A stretch of 64,000 bases of DNA, from positions 64,001 to 128,000 of the forward strand of contig CAVRBU010000006.1 of assembly GCA_963719315.1 (NCBI GenBank), in the 5' to 3' direction. Below the pieces are notes generated by a model, which had not been told where the DNA came from, ran no database searches, and saw only the letters and a list, made by a program, of their open reading frames with translations. The stretch comes from an uncultured Planctomycetota bacterium (GTDB lineage Bacteria > Planctomycetota > Planctomycetia > Pirellulales > Lacipirellulaceae). The translations under genes were made by a program, and so were the position numbers. Positions 1-10,066 of the stretch are shown piece by piece; within the stretch, counting starts at the first letter, position 1; every line of letters starts with the position of its first letter.

Positions 1-1
1 T

Positions 2-1432
2 GGCGTCGTCGAGGAGGGCAGCAGCTATGTGGATGAATCGATGATCTCCGGCGAGCCGGTGCCGGTCGAGAAGAAGCCCGGAGAGCGGCTGATTGGCGCG
101 ACCGTCAATGGCACGGGCAGCCTGGTGATGCGCGCCGAGCGAGTAGGCAGCGATACCGTGCTATCGCAAATCGTGCGGATGGTTGCCGACGCGCAGCGCA
201 GCCGTGCGCCGATCCAACGGCTGGCCGACAAAGTTGCGACCTACTTCGTGCCGGCCGTGCTGGTGGCGGCCGTGATTACGTTTGCCGTGTGGGCAACGAT
301 TGGGCCGGAACCGCGTTACGCTTATGCGCTGATCAACGCGGTGGCCGTGTTGATTATCGCTTGCCCCTGCGCGCTGGGGTTGGCGACGCCGATGTCGATC
401 ATGGTTGGTGTGGGTCGAGGCGCGGCCGCGGGCGTGCTCGTGAAAAATGCGGAAGCGCTGGAGGTCATGGAGAACGTCAACACGCTCGTCGTGGACAAAA
501 CCGGCACGCTCACCGAAGGCAAGCCGCGGTTGGTGACTGTGCGGCCGCTGGACGGCCGGTCCGAGCAGGATCTGTTGCGACTGGCGGGCAGCGTAGAACG
601 CCCGAGCGAGCATCCGCTCGCGGCGGCGGTTGCCAACGGTGCAACGGAACGCGGCGTCGAACTGGCGTCTGCAGACGACTTCCAATCGATCACGGGCAAA
701 GGCGTGAAGGGTCGCGTGGATGGCAAGCTGGTCGCGGTCGGCAATCGTCACTTGTTGGAAGGCGAGGGGGGCGACGTTCGCCAGCATGCGGACGATGCCG
801 AAGCTTTGCGGAAAGAAGGCCAGACTGTGATGTTCGTCGCCGTGGATGGCCGGCTTACCGGTCTGCTGGGCGTGGCGGACCCGATCAAATCGACGACGAT
901 CGAGGCGCTCCGTGCCTTGCGGGAGGAAGGATTGGAAATCGTCATCGCGACTGGCGATAGCCGCGCGACGGCTCAAGCGGTCGCGACGAAGCTGGGCGTT
1001 CAATCCGTCGAGGCCGAGGTGCTGCCCGAGGACAAACTCAACATCGTCCGGCGGCTGAAATCGCAAGGCCGAACGGTCGCGATGGCCGGCGACGGCATCA
1101 ACGACGCGCCGGCACTGGCCGAGGCGAACGTCGGCATCGCGATGGGCGCCGGTGCCGATGTGGCGATGGAAAGCGCGGGCGCCACGCTGATTCACGGCGA
1201 CCTGCGGGCGATCGTCCGTTTCCGCCGGCTGAGCGAGGGCGTGATGCGCAATATCCGCCAGAATCTGTTCTTCGCTTTCGTGTACAACGCGCTCGGCGTG
1301 CCAATCGCGGCCGGTGTTCTCTACCCGGTGTTCGGCCTGCTGCTCAATCCCATGATCGCGGCGGCCGCGATGAGCTTCAGTTCGGTCTCGGTGATCGCCA
1401 ACGCCCTGCGGCTGCGGAAGCTGCGGCTATAA
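2..1432 (+). CDS. copA: Cu(I)/heavy-metal translocating P1B-type ATPase (5' end outside window)
   Basis: [30 protein letters not shown] and MSFSS motifs; frame open from the window start. Confidence 0.93.
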   Translation, partial: GVVEEGSSYVDESMISGEPVPVEKKPGERLIGATVNGTGSLVMRAERVGSDTVLSQIVRMVADAQRSRAPIQRLADKVATYFVPAVLVAAVITFAVWATIGPEPRYAYALINAVAVLIIACPCALGLATPMSIMVGVGRGAAAGVLVKNAEALEVMENVNTLVVDKTGTLTEGKPRLVTVRPLDGRSEQDLLRLAGSVERPSEHPLAAAVANGATERGVELASADDFQSITGKGVKGRVDGKLVAVGNRHLLEGEGGDVRQHADDAEALRKEGQTVMFVAVDGRLTGLLGVADPIKSTTIEALRALREEGLEIVIATGDSRATAQAVATKLGVQSVEAEVLPEDKLNIVRRLKSQGRTVAMAGDGINDAPALAEANVGIAMGAGADVAMESAGATLIHGDLRAIVRFRRLSEGVMRNIRQNLFFAFVYNALGVPIAAGVLYPVFGLLLNPMIAAAAMSFSSVSVIANALRLRKLRL

Positions 1433-1663
1433 CCGCACTCCGGCGATTTGCGCTATCAAGTTTGCGAACAGTATGAACGTGCCTGCCCGAAATGATAAAC
1501 GTGACTGCCATGGGGATTTCAAGTAGGGAGTGAGAATTTATTTATGTGCAGACTTCATGCGCACCACCAACTGGTGGCTTTTTAAAAGGAGTCGGAAGAA
1601 TCAGTCTTGGTTCGATGAGGATCATCTCTGTCGCTTGGTGATCACGTTTCGCCGTACAGGTAA

Positions 1664-3467
1664 TCCATAAGAGGGACGGCCCCAAACTGCCGTATCAGGC
1701 GGTGGTGATCCGACAGAGCGCCATGCACATTAAAGGCAGGAATGCCATAGGGCGTGAAGGCGGTGTCAATCCTCACACGAGTTCAGGGCCGATCCCTGGT
1801 CTCCTTGGATTCGGTTGTGTGGACTCCTAATCGAGCAAGCACGGCGGGCATCAGCTCGCCAATGGCGATGGCGCCTCGACGACGCTTGGTCTGTTGCTCC
1901 AAGACCGCGGCGACTACTTGCGCCTCGTGGCAACGCGTATTGTACGGCAGCTGGGAGACGGCGGCGTGCAAGTCTTCCATCACGCATTCCAGCGGCGTCT
2001 CATGGTCGTGATGAAAATGCCGCAGTTTCTCCAGAATCGAATCCGGCTCTTGGAAACAGGGGTGCCTCATCGGCTGGTCTCCAGCCACACACGCCAGCAC
2101 CAGGCGGCTGAAGCGTTTGGCGATCTTGACGCGGCTGGCGCGCTTATCAATGCCGCGAGATTGATCCAGTTCGGCTTGGCCACGGTAGTAACTACAGTGG
2201 CAGGCCAAGCAGTCGGCGATCCGCATCAGCACGCACCGCAATCGGCGATTGGCCTGGCGGATGATTGGACCACTGGCATTGTCCGTTTGATCGCTTTGAT
2301 GACGCGAGGGATAAAGGCCGCTGCGACCGGTGATGGCGTTGGCATTCGCGTAGCGATTGATCGGGCCCATTTCGCCAGCCAACTCGGCTGCCGAAACCAC
2401 ATTGATGCCCGGGATGGCCAATAAACGAACATAGGGCGTCCGCGTAAGATCACCAGCAAGCCGTTGCTCCAAGGCCAAGATTTTGCCGCGAAAATGCTGA
2501 TAAAGCTCGTAGAGGTCGGTCCAGATCGCATGGTGCAAAGGGCCGTCTTGGATGTGGAGCTTCGTCGCCTCCGCGGCCCAGGTCAGAACTCGCTCGATTG
2601 TTCGCGTCTGGTAGCGAATCTTGTTGTCCTGCAGATACTGACGTAGACCGCCGTGCGCCAACTGGAGCAACATGGCGGGCGAGTCACCTCGGCGCGCAAT
2701 GGCCAAGGGCGTGAGGCGATCGAAGAGGCGGTCGAACAGGTCGGCGTAGCCGGGCATTGCCAGATGGAGGTGATCGCGGATCTGGCAAGCGAGCGCCGCT
2801 GACTTTTCGACCAGGTTGCGACGATGCCGGGCCCTCAGCTGCAGCTGGCGATAGGGTGGCTCCAGCTCGAACTCACAGAGACCGAATCCGGCCACAGCCG
2901 CTCGGTGTTGCGCATACAGGTCCGTTTCGTCGGTCTTGTTGCCCGGATCCGCTGGCATGCGATACTGTTTCGTCGCAAAAGGATGGACTACCCGCGTATC
3001 GAATCCAGCTTGGGCGAATGCACGTTTCACAGGCAGGTAGTAGTTGCCCGTTCGTTCCACGACGACAATCGTGTCTTGAATGTGATGCTCCTGTTGGGCT
3101 TGGCGAATCTGCTCCATGGCCAACTTGAAACAGGGTGCTTGATGCTGGAGCGTCTGAGGTTCGATGAACAGGTTCCCGAAGTAATCGGCCATCATCCACT
3201 CGGATCGGTGTTTGGCCGGATCAACACACACGATCGCAAAACGCTCACCGCCCACCTTCTGGACGCGGGGACCAATGACGCCATTGGGTTTTTGGAGCGA
3301 TTGCCGCCGCGGACGTGACTTCGGCGTACCGTGCCGCCGACGATTGGAACCGAGCATTGAGGCCATTTGGATTCTCCTTCATCGGGAAAAGAGGGCGTTG
3401 TTCCCATCCTTATCCCCAAAGCAAATCCAAGCCGACTCCCACCAGAAGAGGGATTTATTCTTATAGA
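1664..3467 (-). mobile_element. IS110-family (IS1111-like) insertion sequence, approximate extent
   Basis: Transposase bracketed by a short imperfect inverted repeat, TCCATAAGA (1664-1672) / TCTTATAGA (3459-3467), 8/9 match; about 120 nt non-coding downstream. Confidence 0.6.
1783..3366 (-). CDS. IS110 family transposase/recombinase, 527 aa
   Basis: RuvC-like DEDD motifs CVDPAK, VVERTG, KTDETD; C-terminal AIPGINVVSAAELAGE...GLYPSRHQSD with the conserved Ser; ANRRLR. Confidence 0.92.
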   Translation of the reverse strand: MASMLGSNRRRHGTPKSRPRRQSLQKPNGVIGPRVQKVGGERFAIVCVDPAKHRSEWMMADYFGNLFIEPQTLQHQAPCFKLAMEQIRQAQQEHHIQDTIVVVERTGNYYLPVKRAFAQAGFDTRVVHPFATKQYRMPADPGNKTDETDLYAQHRAAVAGFGLCEFELEPPYRQLQLRARHRRNLVEKSAALACQIRDHLHLAMPGYADLFDRLFDRLTPLAIARRGDSPAMLLQLAHGGLRQYLQDNKIRYQTRTIERVLTWAAEATKLHIQDGPLHHAIWTDLYELYQHFRGKILALEQRLAGDLTRTPYVRLLAIPGINVVSAAELAGEMGPINRYANANAITGRSGLYPSRHQSDQTDNASGPIIRQANRRLRCVLMRIADCLACHCSYYRGQAELDQSRGIDKRASRVKIAKRFSRLVLACVAGDQPMRHPCFQEPDSILEKLRHFHHDHETPLECVMEDLHAAVSQLPYNTRCHEAQVVAAVLEQQTKRRRGAIAIGELMPAVLARLGVHTTESKETRDRP

Positions 3468-3518
3468 AGCGTCATACCTGAGAGCGTTGGGACTAACGAA
3501 GTGGACGAGGGCGGAACT

Positions 3519-4634
3519 ATGACACCTTCAGTACATGATGACTATGCAAAGGACCTGTTACTTTCTCTCTTCGATTACCATCCAGAGATGGATGTTATAA
3601 CGTTTGTTCCTAATCCCTCGCAGAGCCGAAACGCCGCAAAAGCAATGACCGCCATTCTGTGTCATCGACTCTTCAAGAATTCTCGGCAGATTCCAATTCT
3701 GAGATTTGGAACCACATTCGAATGGAAGGAGGGTGTTTTCAACTGCAGAAACATTGCGGACCGTGGTTATCTCTGGACCAACATGCGACGCAATGCTGCG
3801 GATGACATCCATGAGATCGCCGAAAGCAAGGCGGTAGCGTATCTCTTGGCTTGCTCCGATCCGGGCGAAACAAAACTATCCGCGTGGGTGCTCCCTGAGC
3901 CACTATTTCATAGTAGTTTGTCGAAGCTGCCCCCAAAGAAGGCTGGCGAAGAATACACCATTCAAATCTCGACGCGCGATCAGCGGATCGAAGGCTTTGC
4001 ACCGTCACCCGATTTAAGCCAATACTACAACGAATTCCTTTTGTCTCCGAAGGAATTAGAGATATTGAACGAATCGCGTGTCGTAGATGCTTCGGTCAGG
4101 AGGGAAAGAAAAAATGCAAAATTGGAAGAGGACACCTATGACGACGTTAGTGAATCGGTCTCAGGGAGTAAGACTAACACCTTACTAAAAGATGTATCCG
4201 AGCAATTGGACGAAACAGGTGCATTTGACCCGATGGGTATAGCTGATGCCCGGGAGCGCGTCCTTGCGTCGATCGTACGGCGTCGTGGACAACCCGCGTT
4301 TCGACAAGGATTATTGGGGGCTTACAACGGTCGGTGTGCGGTAAGTGACTGCGATGTGGACGCTGTTTTGGATGCCGCACATATTCTTCCTTACAAGGGG
4401 CCGGAGACAAATCATCTCGGCAACGGCTTGCTTCTTAGAACTGATATTCACGCACTGTTCGATCTGAAACTTATTGCAGTGGACGTGGCCACAATGACCT
4501 TGCTTGTCTCTCATGAGCTAGCGGGTACATGCTACGATGACTTTCGTGGACGACCGATTAGCGCTCCACGCGATGGCGATACTCAACCCAATAGGGCGGC
4601 GCTTGACCAACATCGTCACGATAGCGGTCTATAG
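3519..4634 (+). CDS. HNH endonuclease with uncharacterised N-terminal domain
   Basis: C-terminal RRGQPAFR..CAVSDC..AAHILPY..NGLLLRTDIHALFD (HNH_2-like); start at ATG 3519 after GAGG; visibly AT-richer than flanks. Confidence 0.85.
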   Translation: MTPSVHDDYAKDLLLSLFDYHPEMDVITFVPNPSQSRNAAKAMTAILCHRLFKNSRQIPILRFGTTFEWKEGVFNCRNIADRGYLWTNMRRNAADDIHEIAESKAVAYLLACSDPGETKLSAWVLPEPLFHSSLSKLPPKKAGEEYTIQISTRDQRIEGFAPSPDLSQYYNEFLLSPKELEILNESRVVDASVRRERKNAKLEEDTYDDVSESVSGSKTNTLLKDVSEQLDETGAFDPMGIADARERVLASIVRRRGQPAFRQGLLGAYNGRCAVSDCDVDAVLDAAHILPYKGPETNHLGNGLLLRTDIHALFDLKLIAVDVATMTLLVSHELAGTCYDDFRGRPISAPRDGDTQPNRAALDQHRHDSGL

Positions 4635-4701
4635 TGTTTTTGCTAGGTCTCAATGATCGCCAACGCACTTTGCTTATGATATACGGCAGCGAGTGCAGCC
4701 G

Positions 4702-5952
4702 ATGAGCGAGAACACTAAAGAGCACGTACAGAGCACGGTGGAAGAAATCTACCGCAACGATTCGCGGCGCATGTTTGCGACGCTCGTGCGGCTGCTGAGC
4801 GACTTCGATCTGGCCGAGGAAGCGATGCACGATGCATTTGCGTCGGCTCTGAAGCAATGGCCTGAGGAAGGAGTACCGGAGAATCCGCGAGCTTGGCTGG
4901 TATCGACGGGTCGATTCAAGGCGATCGACGCGATGCGGCGGCGGGCGCGGTTTGATGCGTCGCTCGGCGAGTTGGCGGAGCGGTTGAACTCGCGCGCGAG
5001 CGCGACAAGTGGGCCGGGTGACGAACGCGTCGAGGACGATCGGCTGCGGTTGATCTTCACCTGCTGCCATCCGGCACTCGCGCCGGAGCAACAAGTGGCG
5101 CTCACGCTGCGGGAAGTCTGCGGGTTGACGACCGAGGCCATCGCCAGCGCGTTTTTGGTTACGCCTTCCGCGCTTGCGCAACGAATTGTCCGGGCGAAAT
5201 CGAAGATTCGCGATGCCGGCATTCCGTACCAGGTTCCTGCGCGCGACGATTTTCCGGAGCGGCTCGACAGCGTGCTGCAGGTGATCTACCTCGTGTTCAA
5301 CGAAGGGTACTCGGCGTCGTCGGGCGATTCGCTGACGCGGCCCGATCTATCGAGCGAAGCGATTCGGCTGGGGCGGCTGCTGTTGGAGTTGCTGCCGGAG
5401 TCGGAAGTCGTTGGGCTGTTGGCGCTCATGTTGTTGCACGAATCGCGGCGAGCGGCACGTACTTCGGCCGACGGCGAGCTGATTCTGCTCGACCACCAGG
5501 ATCGCTCGATTTGGAATCGCGAGCAGATAGCTGAGGGCGAAACGCTGGTTGGCCGGGCGATGGCCATGCAGGAGATTGGGCCCTACGTCATTCAGGCGGC
5601 GATCGCGGCGGTGCATGCTGAGGCAAGTCACCCAGACTCGACCGATTGGGCTCAGATTGTCGCACTCTACGACTTATTGGCGCGGGTCGTGCCGTCGCCG
5701 GTCGTGGAATTGAATCGGGCCGTGGCAATTGCCATGCGCGATGGGCCAGCCGCCGGCCTCGAACGGATTGACGCACTTCTCGACCGCGGCGAATTGGCCG
5801 ACTATCACTTGGCCTACGCGGCCCGGGCCGACCTGTGCCGCCGGCTGGGGCTTACGTCGGAGGCCCGGGTGGCATACGACCAGGCGCTGGCGCTGGCACG
5901 ACAGGAGCCCGAACGGCGGTTTCTAGAACGGCGACTGGCGGAATTGGGCTGA
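4702..5952 (+). CDS. ECF sigma factor with TPR-like C-terminal extension (ECF42 type)
   Basis: AEEAMHDAF, NPRAWL, DDRLRLIFTCCHPAL, YLVFNEGY; about 200 aa extension; adjacent DGPF/YciI genes. Confidence 0.9.
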   Translation: MSENTKEHVQSTVEEIYRNDSRRMFATLVRLLSDFDLAEEAMHDAFASALKQWPEEGVPENPRAWLVSTGRFKAIDAMRRRARFDASLGELAERLNSRASATSGPGDERVEDDRLRLIFTCCHPALAPEQQVALTLREVCGLTTEAIASAFLVTPSALAQRIVRAKSKIRDAGIPYQVPARDDFPERLDSVLQVIYLVFNEGYSASSGDSLTRPDLSSEAIRLGRLLLELLPESEVVGLLALMLLHESRRAARTSADGELILLDHQDRSIWNREQIAEGETLVGRAMAMQEIGPYVIQAAIAAVHAEASHPDSTDWAQIVALYDLLARVVPSPVVELNRAVAIAMRDGPAAGLERIDALLDRGELADYHLAYAARADLCRRLGLTSEARVAYDQALALARQEPERRFLERRLAELG

Positions 5953-5971
5953 TAAAAGTTTTTTTGACCGT

Positions 5972-6000
5972 TGTCGAATTCGGCGGCTGCCGAACGACTA
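5972..6000 (+). promoter_or_regulatory. Putative ECF42-dependent promoter
   Basis: TGTCGA-N17-CGACTA; the same pattern recurs at 7401-7429. Confidence 0.75.
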
Positions 6001-6090
6001 TCCAGTGTTAGCAGACAAATTCGAGCCAGGTGCCCGGCACAAGCATTGCAGGCAGCTTGTTCAGAACCCCCGATATTAAGGAATCCAACT

Positions 6091-6525
6091 ATGCGATTCA
6101 TGGTCATGGTCAAGGCAACCAAGGATTCGGAAGCCGGCGTAATGCCGAGCGAGGAATTGCTCACCGAAATGGGAAAATTCAACGAAGAGTTGGTGAAGGC
6201 GGGCGTGATGTTATCGGGCGAGGGTTTGCAGGCCAGCTCGAAGGGCGCACGAGTTCGCTTCGCGGGCAACAAACGGACAGTCATCGACGGGCCGTTCGCC
6301 GAGACGAAGGAGCTTGTGGCGGGCTTCTGGATGTGGCAATGCAAGTCGCTGGCCGAAGCGATCGAGTGGGTCAAAAAATGCCCGAATCCACACCCGCACA
6401 AAGAGAGCGAAATCGAAATCCGCCAGGTGTTCGAAATAGAAGATTTCGGCGCCGAGCTGACGCCCGAACTTCGCGAGCAAGAAGAGCGCGTGCGGACGCA
6501 AGCGGCCGCGAATGAGGCGAAGTAG
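6091..6525 (+). CDS. YciI/DGPF family protein
   Basis: MRFMVMVKA...DGPFAETKELVAGFW...EIEIRQV; AAGGA RBS. Confidence 0.92.
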   Translation: MRFMVMVKATKDSEAGVMPSEELLTEMGKFNEELVKAGVMLSGEGLQASSKGARVRFAGNKRTVIDGPFAETKELVAGFWMWQCKSLAEAIEWVKKCPNPHPHKESEIEIRQVFEIEDFGAELTPELREQEERVRTQAAANEAK

Positions 6526-6639
6526 CCCCCATCGGGTCAACAAGATATGAAAGCCATCGATGAGGTGAGGGAATTTGTCATTGGCCATATCGGAGGTCGT
6601 GAAACGCTTCCGAAAAATGCCAATTTCACAATTCAATTG

Positions 6640-6780
6640 CAGTAGTTCCAAGTTCAGAGAAGAAAGGGCGGAACACTAATCTGCGCTAATTTCCACCGAT
6701 TCGGAATTAGCGAAAATCAGTGAGAATTAGTGTTCCTCAGTAATTTATTTTCTCGTCAGTCTCGAAACTTGGAACTACTG
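6640..6780. mobile_element. MITE family A, copy 1 (141 bp)
   Basis: Perfect 15-bp TIR CAGTAGTTCCAAGTT; homologous to 8530, 9927 and 28764. Confidence 0.85.
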
Positions 6781-6887
6781 GATAACAAATCGTCTTCCTC
6801 GGTGATCTCAGTGGCCTCTGTGGCAAAAGTCGACCGTGTTGATCGTAAGCACGCTCAAACGTTAAAGGAATATGAGGGACACCTACC

Positions 6888-7378
6888 ATGAAAACTATTA
6901 CTCCCTGCTTGTGGTTCGATGACCAAGGCGAAGAGGCGGCGAAGTTTTACACTTCGATCTTCAAAAACTCGAAGATCAAAAACATCTCTCGCTACGGCGA
7001 GGCCGGCAAGGAGCATCATCGCAAACCGGTCGGATCGGTGATGGTCGTAGCCTTTGAAATCAACGGCCAGCCCTTTACGGCACTTAACGGTGGCCCGCAG
7101 TTCAAATTCAACGAGGCCGTTTCGTTCCAAGTGATGTGCGAGTCACAGGAAGAAGTGGACTACTACTGGGAGAAGCTTTCGCAAGGCGGCGATCCCCAGG
7201 CCCAACAATGCGGTTGGCTCAAGGACAAGTTCGGCGTCTCGTGGCAAATCGTGCCGATCGCCGCGATGGAATTGATCGGAAACCCCGATGCGGGATAGGG
7301 GTCAGCGCAATGGGCACCATGATGCAAATGAAAAAAATCGACATTGCCACCATGCAGCGTGCCGCCGACCAGAAATAA
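6888..7378 (+). CDS. VOC/PhnB-like protein; apparent frameshift near 7290
   Basis: ITPCLWF, ALNGGPQF, CGWLKDKFGVSWQIVP; expected tail MMQMKKIDIATM lies in another frame ending 7378. Confidence 0.85.
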
Positions 7379-7400
7379 TTCCAACAATGTTTTGAAGACG

Positions 7401-7429
7401 TGTCGATCTCGGCACTTTCCGTTCGACTA
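7401..7429 (+). promoter_or_regulatory. Second putative ECF42-dependent promoter
   Basis: TGTCGA-N17-CGACTA, same hexamers and spacing as 5972-6000. Confidence 0.75.
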
Positions 7430-7463
7430 ATTGATAAACAAACCCATCGCGGGGAGAATAACG

Positions 7464-7661
7464 ATGAACAACGCGAATTGCATTTTGAATCGGCCTGGCT
7501 GCAACGACTTGCGGCAAATGGTGGAACCGCTGGCTAACTACATCTGCGCGACGGAGCAGCCGAGAAAGGCGCTCATGTCGGCCCTCGCGGCTCTGTTTCG
7601 CGAAGTCGAGGCCACGAACCAAGCGGCCATCTTGCACTTTCACTCGTACTCGGAGAATTAA
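7464..7661 (+). CDS. Small hypothetical protein (65 aa)
   Basis: GGGAGA RBS; directly after the promoter and 4 nt before the next YciI gene. Confidence 0.6.
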   Translation: MNNANCILNRPGCNDLRQMVEPLANYICATEQPRKALMSALAALFREVEATNQAAILHFHSYSEN

Positions 7662-7665
7662 CGCC

Positions 7666-8055
7666 ATGAAATACATGCTACTGATTTATACAGCGGAAGA
7701 CTCTTATTCGGACGGCGAGCGCGAGCAGTGCTACGTCGAATCGACCGAGCTGACGCACGACCTCAACGCCCGCGGCCAGTACATAGCCGCCAACCCGCTG
7801 CAATCCGTGGCGACCGCGACCACCGTGCGCGTGCGAAACGGCAAGCGGCTCGTGACCGATGGACCGTTCGCCGAAACGCGCGAGCAACTCGGCGGTTACT
7901 TCCTGGTCGAGGCCGCCGACCTTAACGAGGCGATCGCCATTGCCGGCCGGATCCCGGGCGCGAGGAAGGGGACGGTCGAAGTGCGGCCCGTGTTGGAAAT
8001 CGCGGGGTTGCCGAAGAAGCGCGAATTGGTAGCTGAAGCCGGGGTGCATAACTAA
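7666..8055 (+). CDS. YciI/DGPF family protein
   Basis: MKYMLLIY...TDGPFAETREQLGGYF...VEVRPV. Confidence 0.92.
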   Translation: MKYMLLIYTAEDSYSDGEREQCYVESTELTHDLNARGQYIAANPLQSVATATTVRVRNGKRLVTDGPFAETREQLGGYFLVEAADLNEAIAIAGRIPGARKGTVEVRPVLEIAGLPKKRELVAEAGVHN

Positions 8056-8067
8056 TACCAGCATTCG

Positions 8068-8133
8068 GTAGCTGAAGTTGCAAGACTTCAGGCCGACGAG
8101 GACCAACGACGGAATTCTTGCGAATCCCGCTCC
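8068..8133. repeat. GTAG-type REP pair (family E, GTAGCTGAA..TTCAG); also at 9887, 10067, 10107
   Basis: GTAG-headed imperfect palindromes in inverted pairs. Confidence 0.6.
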
Positions 8134-8154
8134 AGTCGAACGAGGCCAATCGCC

Positions 8155-8521
8155 ATGAAATACATGCTGCTCTGTTACGACGACGAACCGTTCTGGGCGA
8201 ATGCCGGCCCGGCGGCGCACAAGGAGGCCATTGGGGAGGCCGTCGGCGCTCACGCACGAACTGGATGCCAAGGGTCAGTACGTGACCGCGTCGCCGCTCG
8301 AGCCGTCATCTTCCGCAGTCTCGGTTCGCATCCGCGACGGCAAGCAGCAGGTCACCGACGGCCCTTTTGCGGAAACGCGCGAGGTGCTCGGCGGCTACTA
8401 TATTATCGACGTCGAAAACCTCGATGAAGCGATCCGCATCGCCGAGCGGCACTCGGGCACCCGCGTGGGCGCGGTGGAAATCCGTCCCATTTTGGAAATC
8501 TCCGGTCTACCGAAGAATTAA
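8155..8521 (+). CDS. YciI/DGPF family protein; apparent +1 frameshift near 8245
   Basis: MKYMLLCY in one frame, ALTHEL...DGPFAETREVLGGYY in the next. Confidence 0.85.
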
Positions 8522-8529
8522 TCGTCATT

Positions 8530-8669
8530 CAGTAGTTCCAAGTTTCGAGACTGACGAGGAAATAAATCACTGAGGAACACTAATTCTCACTAATTTTCGC
8601 TAATTCCGAATCAGTGGAGATTAGCGCAGATTAGTGTTTCGCCCTTTTTGTCTGAACTTGGAACTACTG
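8530..8669. mobile_element. MITE family A, copy 2 (140 bp), 5-bp target duplication TCATT
   Basis: 15-bp TIR; TCATT on both flanks. Confidence 0.9.
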
Positions 8670-8731
8670 TCATTCACATTGCTACTTGGCGGCCGCGTGT
8701 CGCCGACAAGACCAAACGAAGGAGAAACGCC

Positions 8732-9148
8732 ATGTTCATTCAACCCTACTTGTGCTTCGAAGGCCGCTGCGAGGAAGCATTGAAGTTTTACGGCAGCGCG
8801 TTGGACGCGGAAACTACCAGGCTGATGCGCTTCAAAGACAATCCGGAGCCGCAGTCGAAAGCAGGTTCTTCGCCCGAGCCGGGCGACAAGGTGATGCACG
8901 CCAACGTCAAGATCCGCGATACGCAGATCATGATGTCGGATGGTCGTTGCCAAGGGCAGCCGAAGTTCGAAGGCATCGCGCTCACGCTCAACGCGAAAGA
9001 TCCAGCCGACGCAGACAAGTTGTTTGCCGCGCTCAGCGCGGGCGGGCAGGTGCAGATGCCACTGTGTGAAACCTTCTTCGCTCAACGTTTCGGCATGGTC
9101 GCGGACAAATTCGGCGTTACGTGGATGATTCTGGCGGAGAAGAAGTAG
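8732..9148 (+). CDS. VOC/PhnB family protein
   Basis: IQPYLCFEGRCEEAL, VMHA, FGMVADKFGVTWMI; AAGGAG RBS. Confidence 0.92.
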   Translation: MFIQPYLCFEGRCEEALKFYGSALDAETTRLMRFKDNPEPQSKAGSSPEPGDKVMHANVKIRDTQIMMSDGRCQGQPKFEGIALTLNAKDPADADKLFAALSAGGQVQMPLCETFFAQRFGMVADKFGVTWMILAEKK

Positions 9149-9246
9149 TTGTAGCCGGCCTCTGGGGGCGACGGCTCGGCGCTTCCGAAGTCGCTAATCC
9201 CGGCTACAATCGTTGACGACACAGCTAACATTTGAAAGGCAAAATC

Positions 9247-9876
9247 ATGGCCGCATCTACAACTGTCGAACAGAAAAACGTTTCAACCTCGGAACCAGCC
9301 GCGCCGAAAGGCAAATGGAAATCCATTCTGTTGTACACGGCGTTGGGGCTTGTCGCCGCGATCGCCGTGCTGTGCGCCGTCATCGCCACGCGGCCAGACG
9401 ATTTCAAAGTCTCGCGATCCGCCACGTTCAAGGCGTCTCCCGCCGCCGTGTTCGAACAGGTCAACGACTTCCACAAGTGGGATGCCTGGAGTCCCTGGGC
9501 CAAAATGGACCCGAACGCCAAATCGACGTTCGAAGGTCCATCGAGCGGCGAGGGCGCGAAGTTTTCCTGGGCCGGCAACAGCAACGTTGGCGAAGGAAAC
9601 ATGGCGATCGTCGAAAGCAAGCCGGACGAAATCGTCCGCATTCGACTGGAGTTCATCAAACCGTTTGCCGGCACGAACGACGTGGAAATGAAGATCGAGC
9701 CCCAGGGCGACGAGACGCGGCTTACCTGGAGCATGGCCGGCAAAACGAACTTCATGACCAAGGCCATTGGCCTGTTCATGGATTGCGATAAAATGGTCGG
9801 CGACCAGTTCGAGAAGGGTCTCGCCAGTATGAAGGCGATCGTAGAAGCCGAGCCGGAACAATCGAAGGGGGCGTAA
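9247..9876 (+). CDS. SRPBCC (polyketide cyclase/START-like) membrane-anchored protein
   Basis: N-terminal TM; VNDFHKWDAWSPW, LEFIKPF, DFE-like QFEKGLASMK. Confidence 0.88.
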   Translation: MAASTTVEQKNVSTSEPAAPKGKWKSILLYTALGLVAAIAVLCAVIATRPDDFKVSRSATFKASPAAVFEQVNDFHKWDAWSPWAKMDPNAKSTFEGPSSGEGAKFSWAGNSNVGEGNMAIVESKPDEIVRIRLEFIKPFAGTNDVEMKIEPQGDETRLTWSMAGKTNFMTKAIGLFMDCDKMVGDQFEKGLASMKAIVEAEPEQSKGA

Positions 9877-9926
9877 GGACAAGACCGTAGCTGAATTCGC
9901 AAGAATTCAGAAAACAAAACCGTAGT

Positions 9927-10066
9927 CAGTACTTCCAAGTTTCGAGTCTGACGAGGAAATGAATTGCTGAGGAACGCTAATACTCACTAATTGCCGCTAA
10001 TTCCGAATCAGTGGAAATTAGCGAAGATTAGTGTTCCGCCCTTTTTGTCTGAACTTGGAACTACTG
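9927..10066. mobile_element. MITE family A, copy 3 (140 bp), 5-bp target duplication GTAGT, inside a family E REP
   Basis: TIR with one mismatch; GTAGT at 9922-9926 and 10067-10071. Confidence 0.9.

Noticed and set aside
1433..1782. TIGR-like or other guide array next to the IS110/HNH genes
   Set aside because: No regular periodic repeat units visible
3315..3518. N-terminal extension of the HNH ORF
   Set aside because: Overlaps the transposase start and the IS end; ATG 3519 has an RBS
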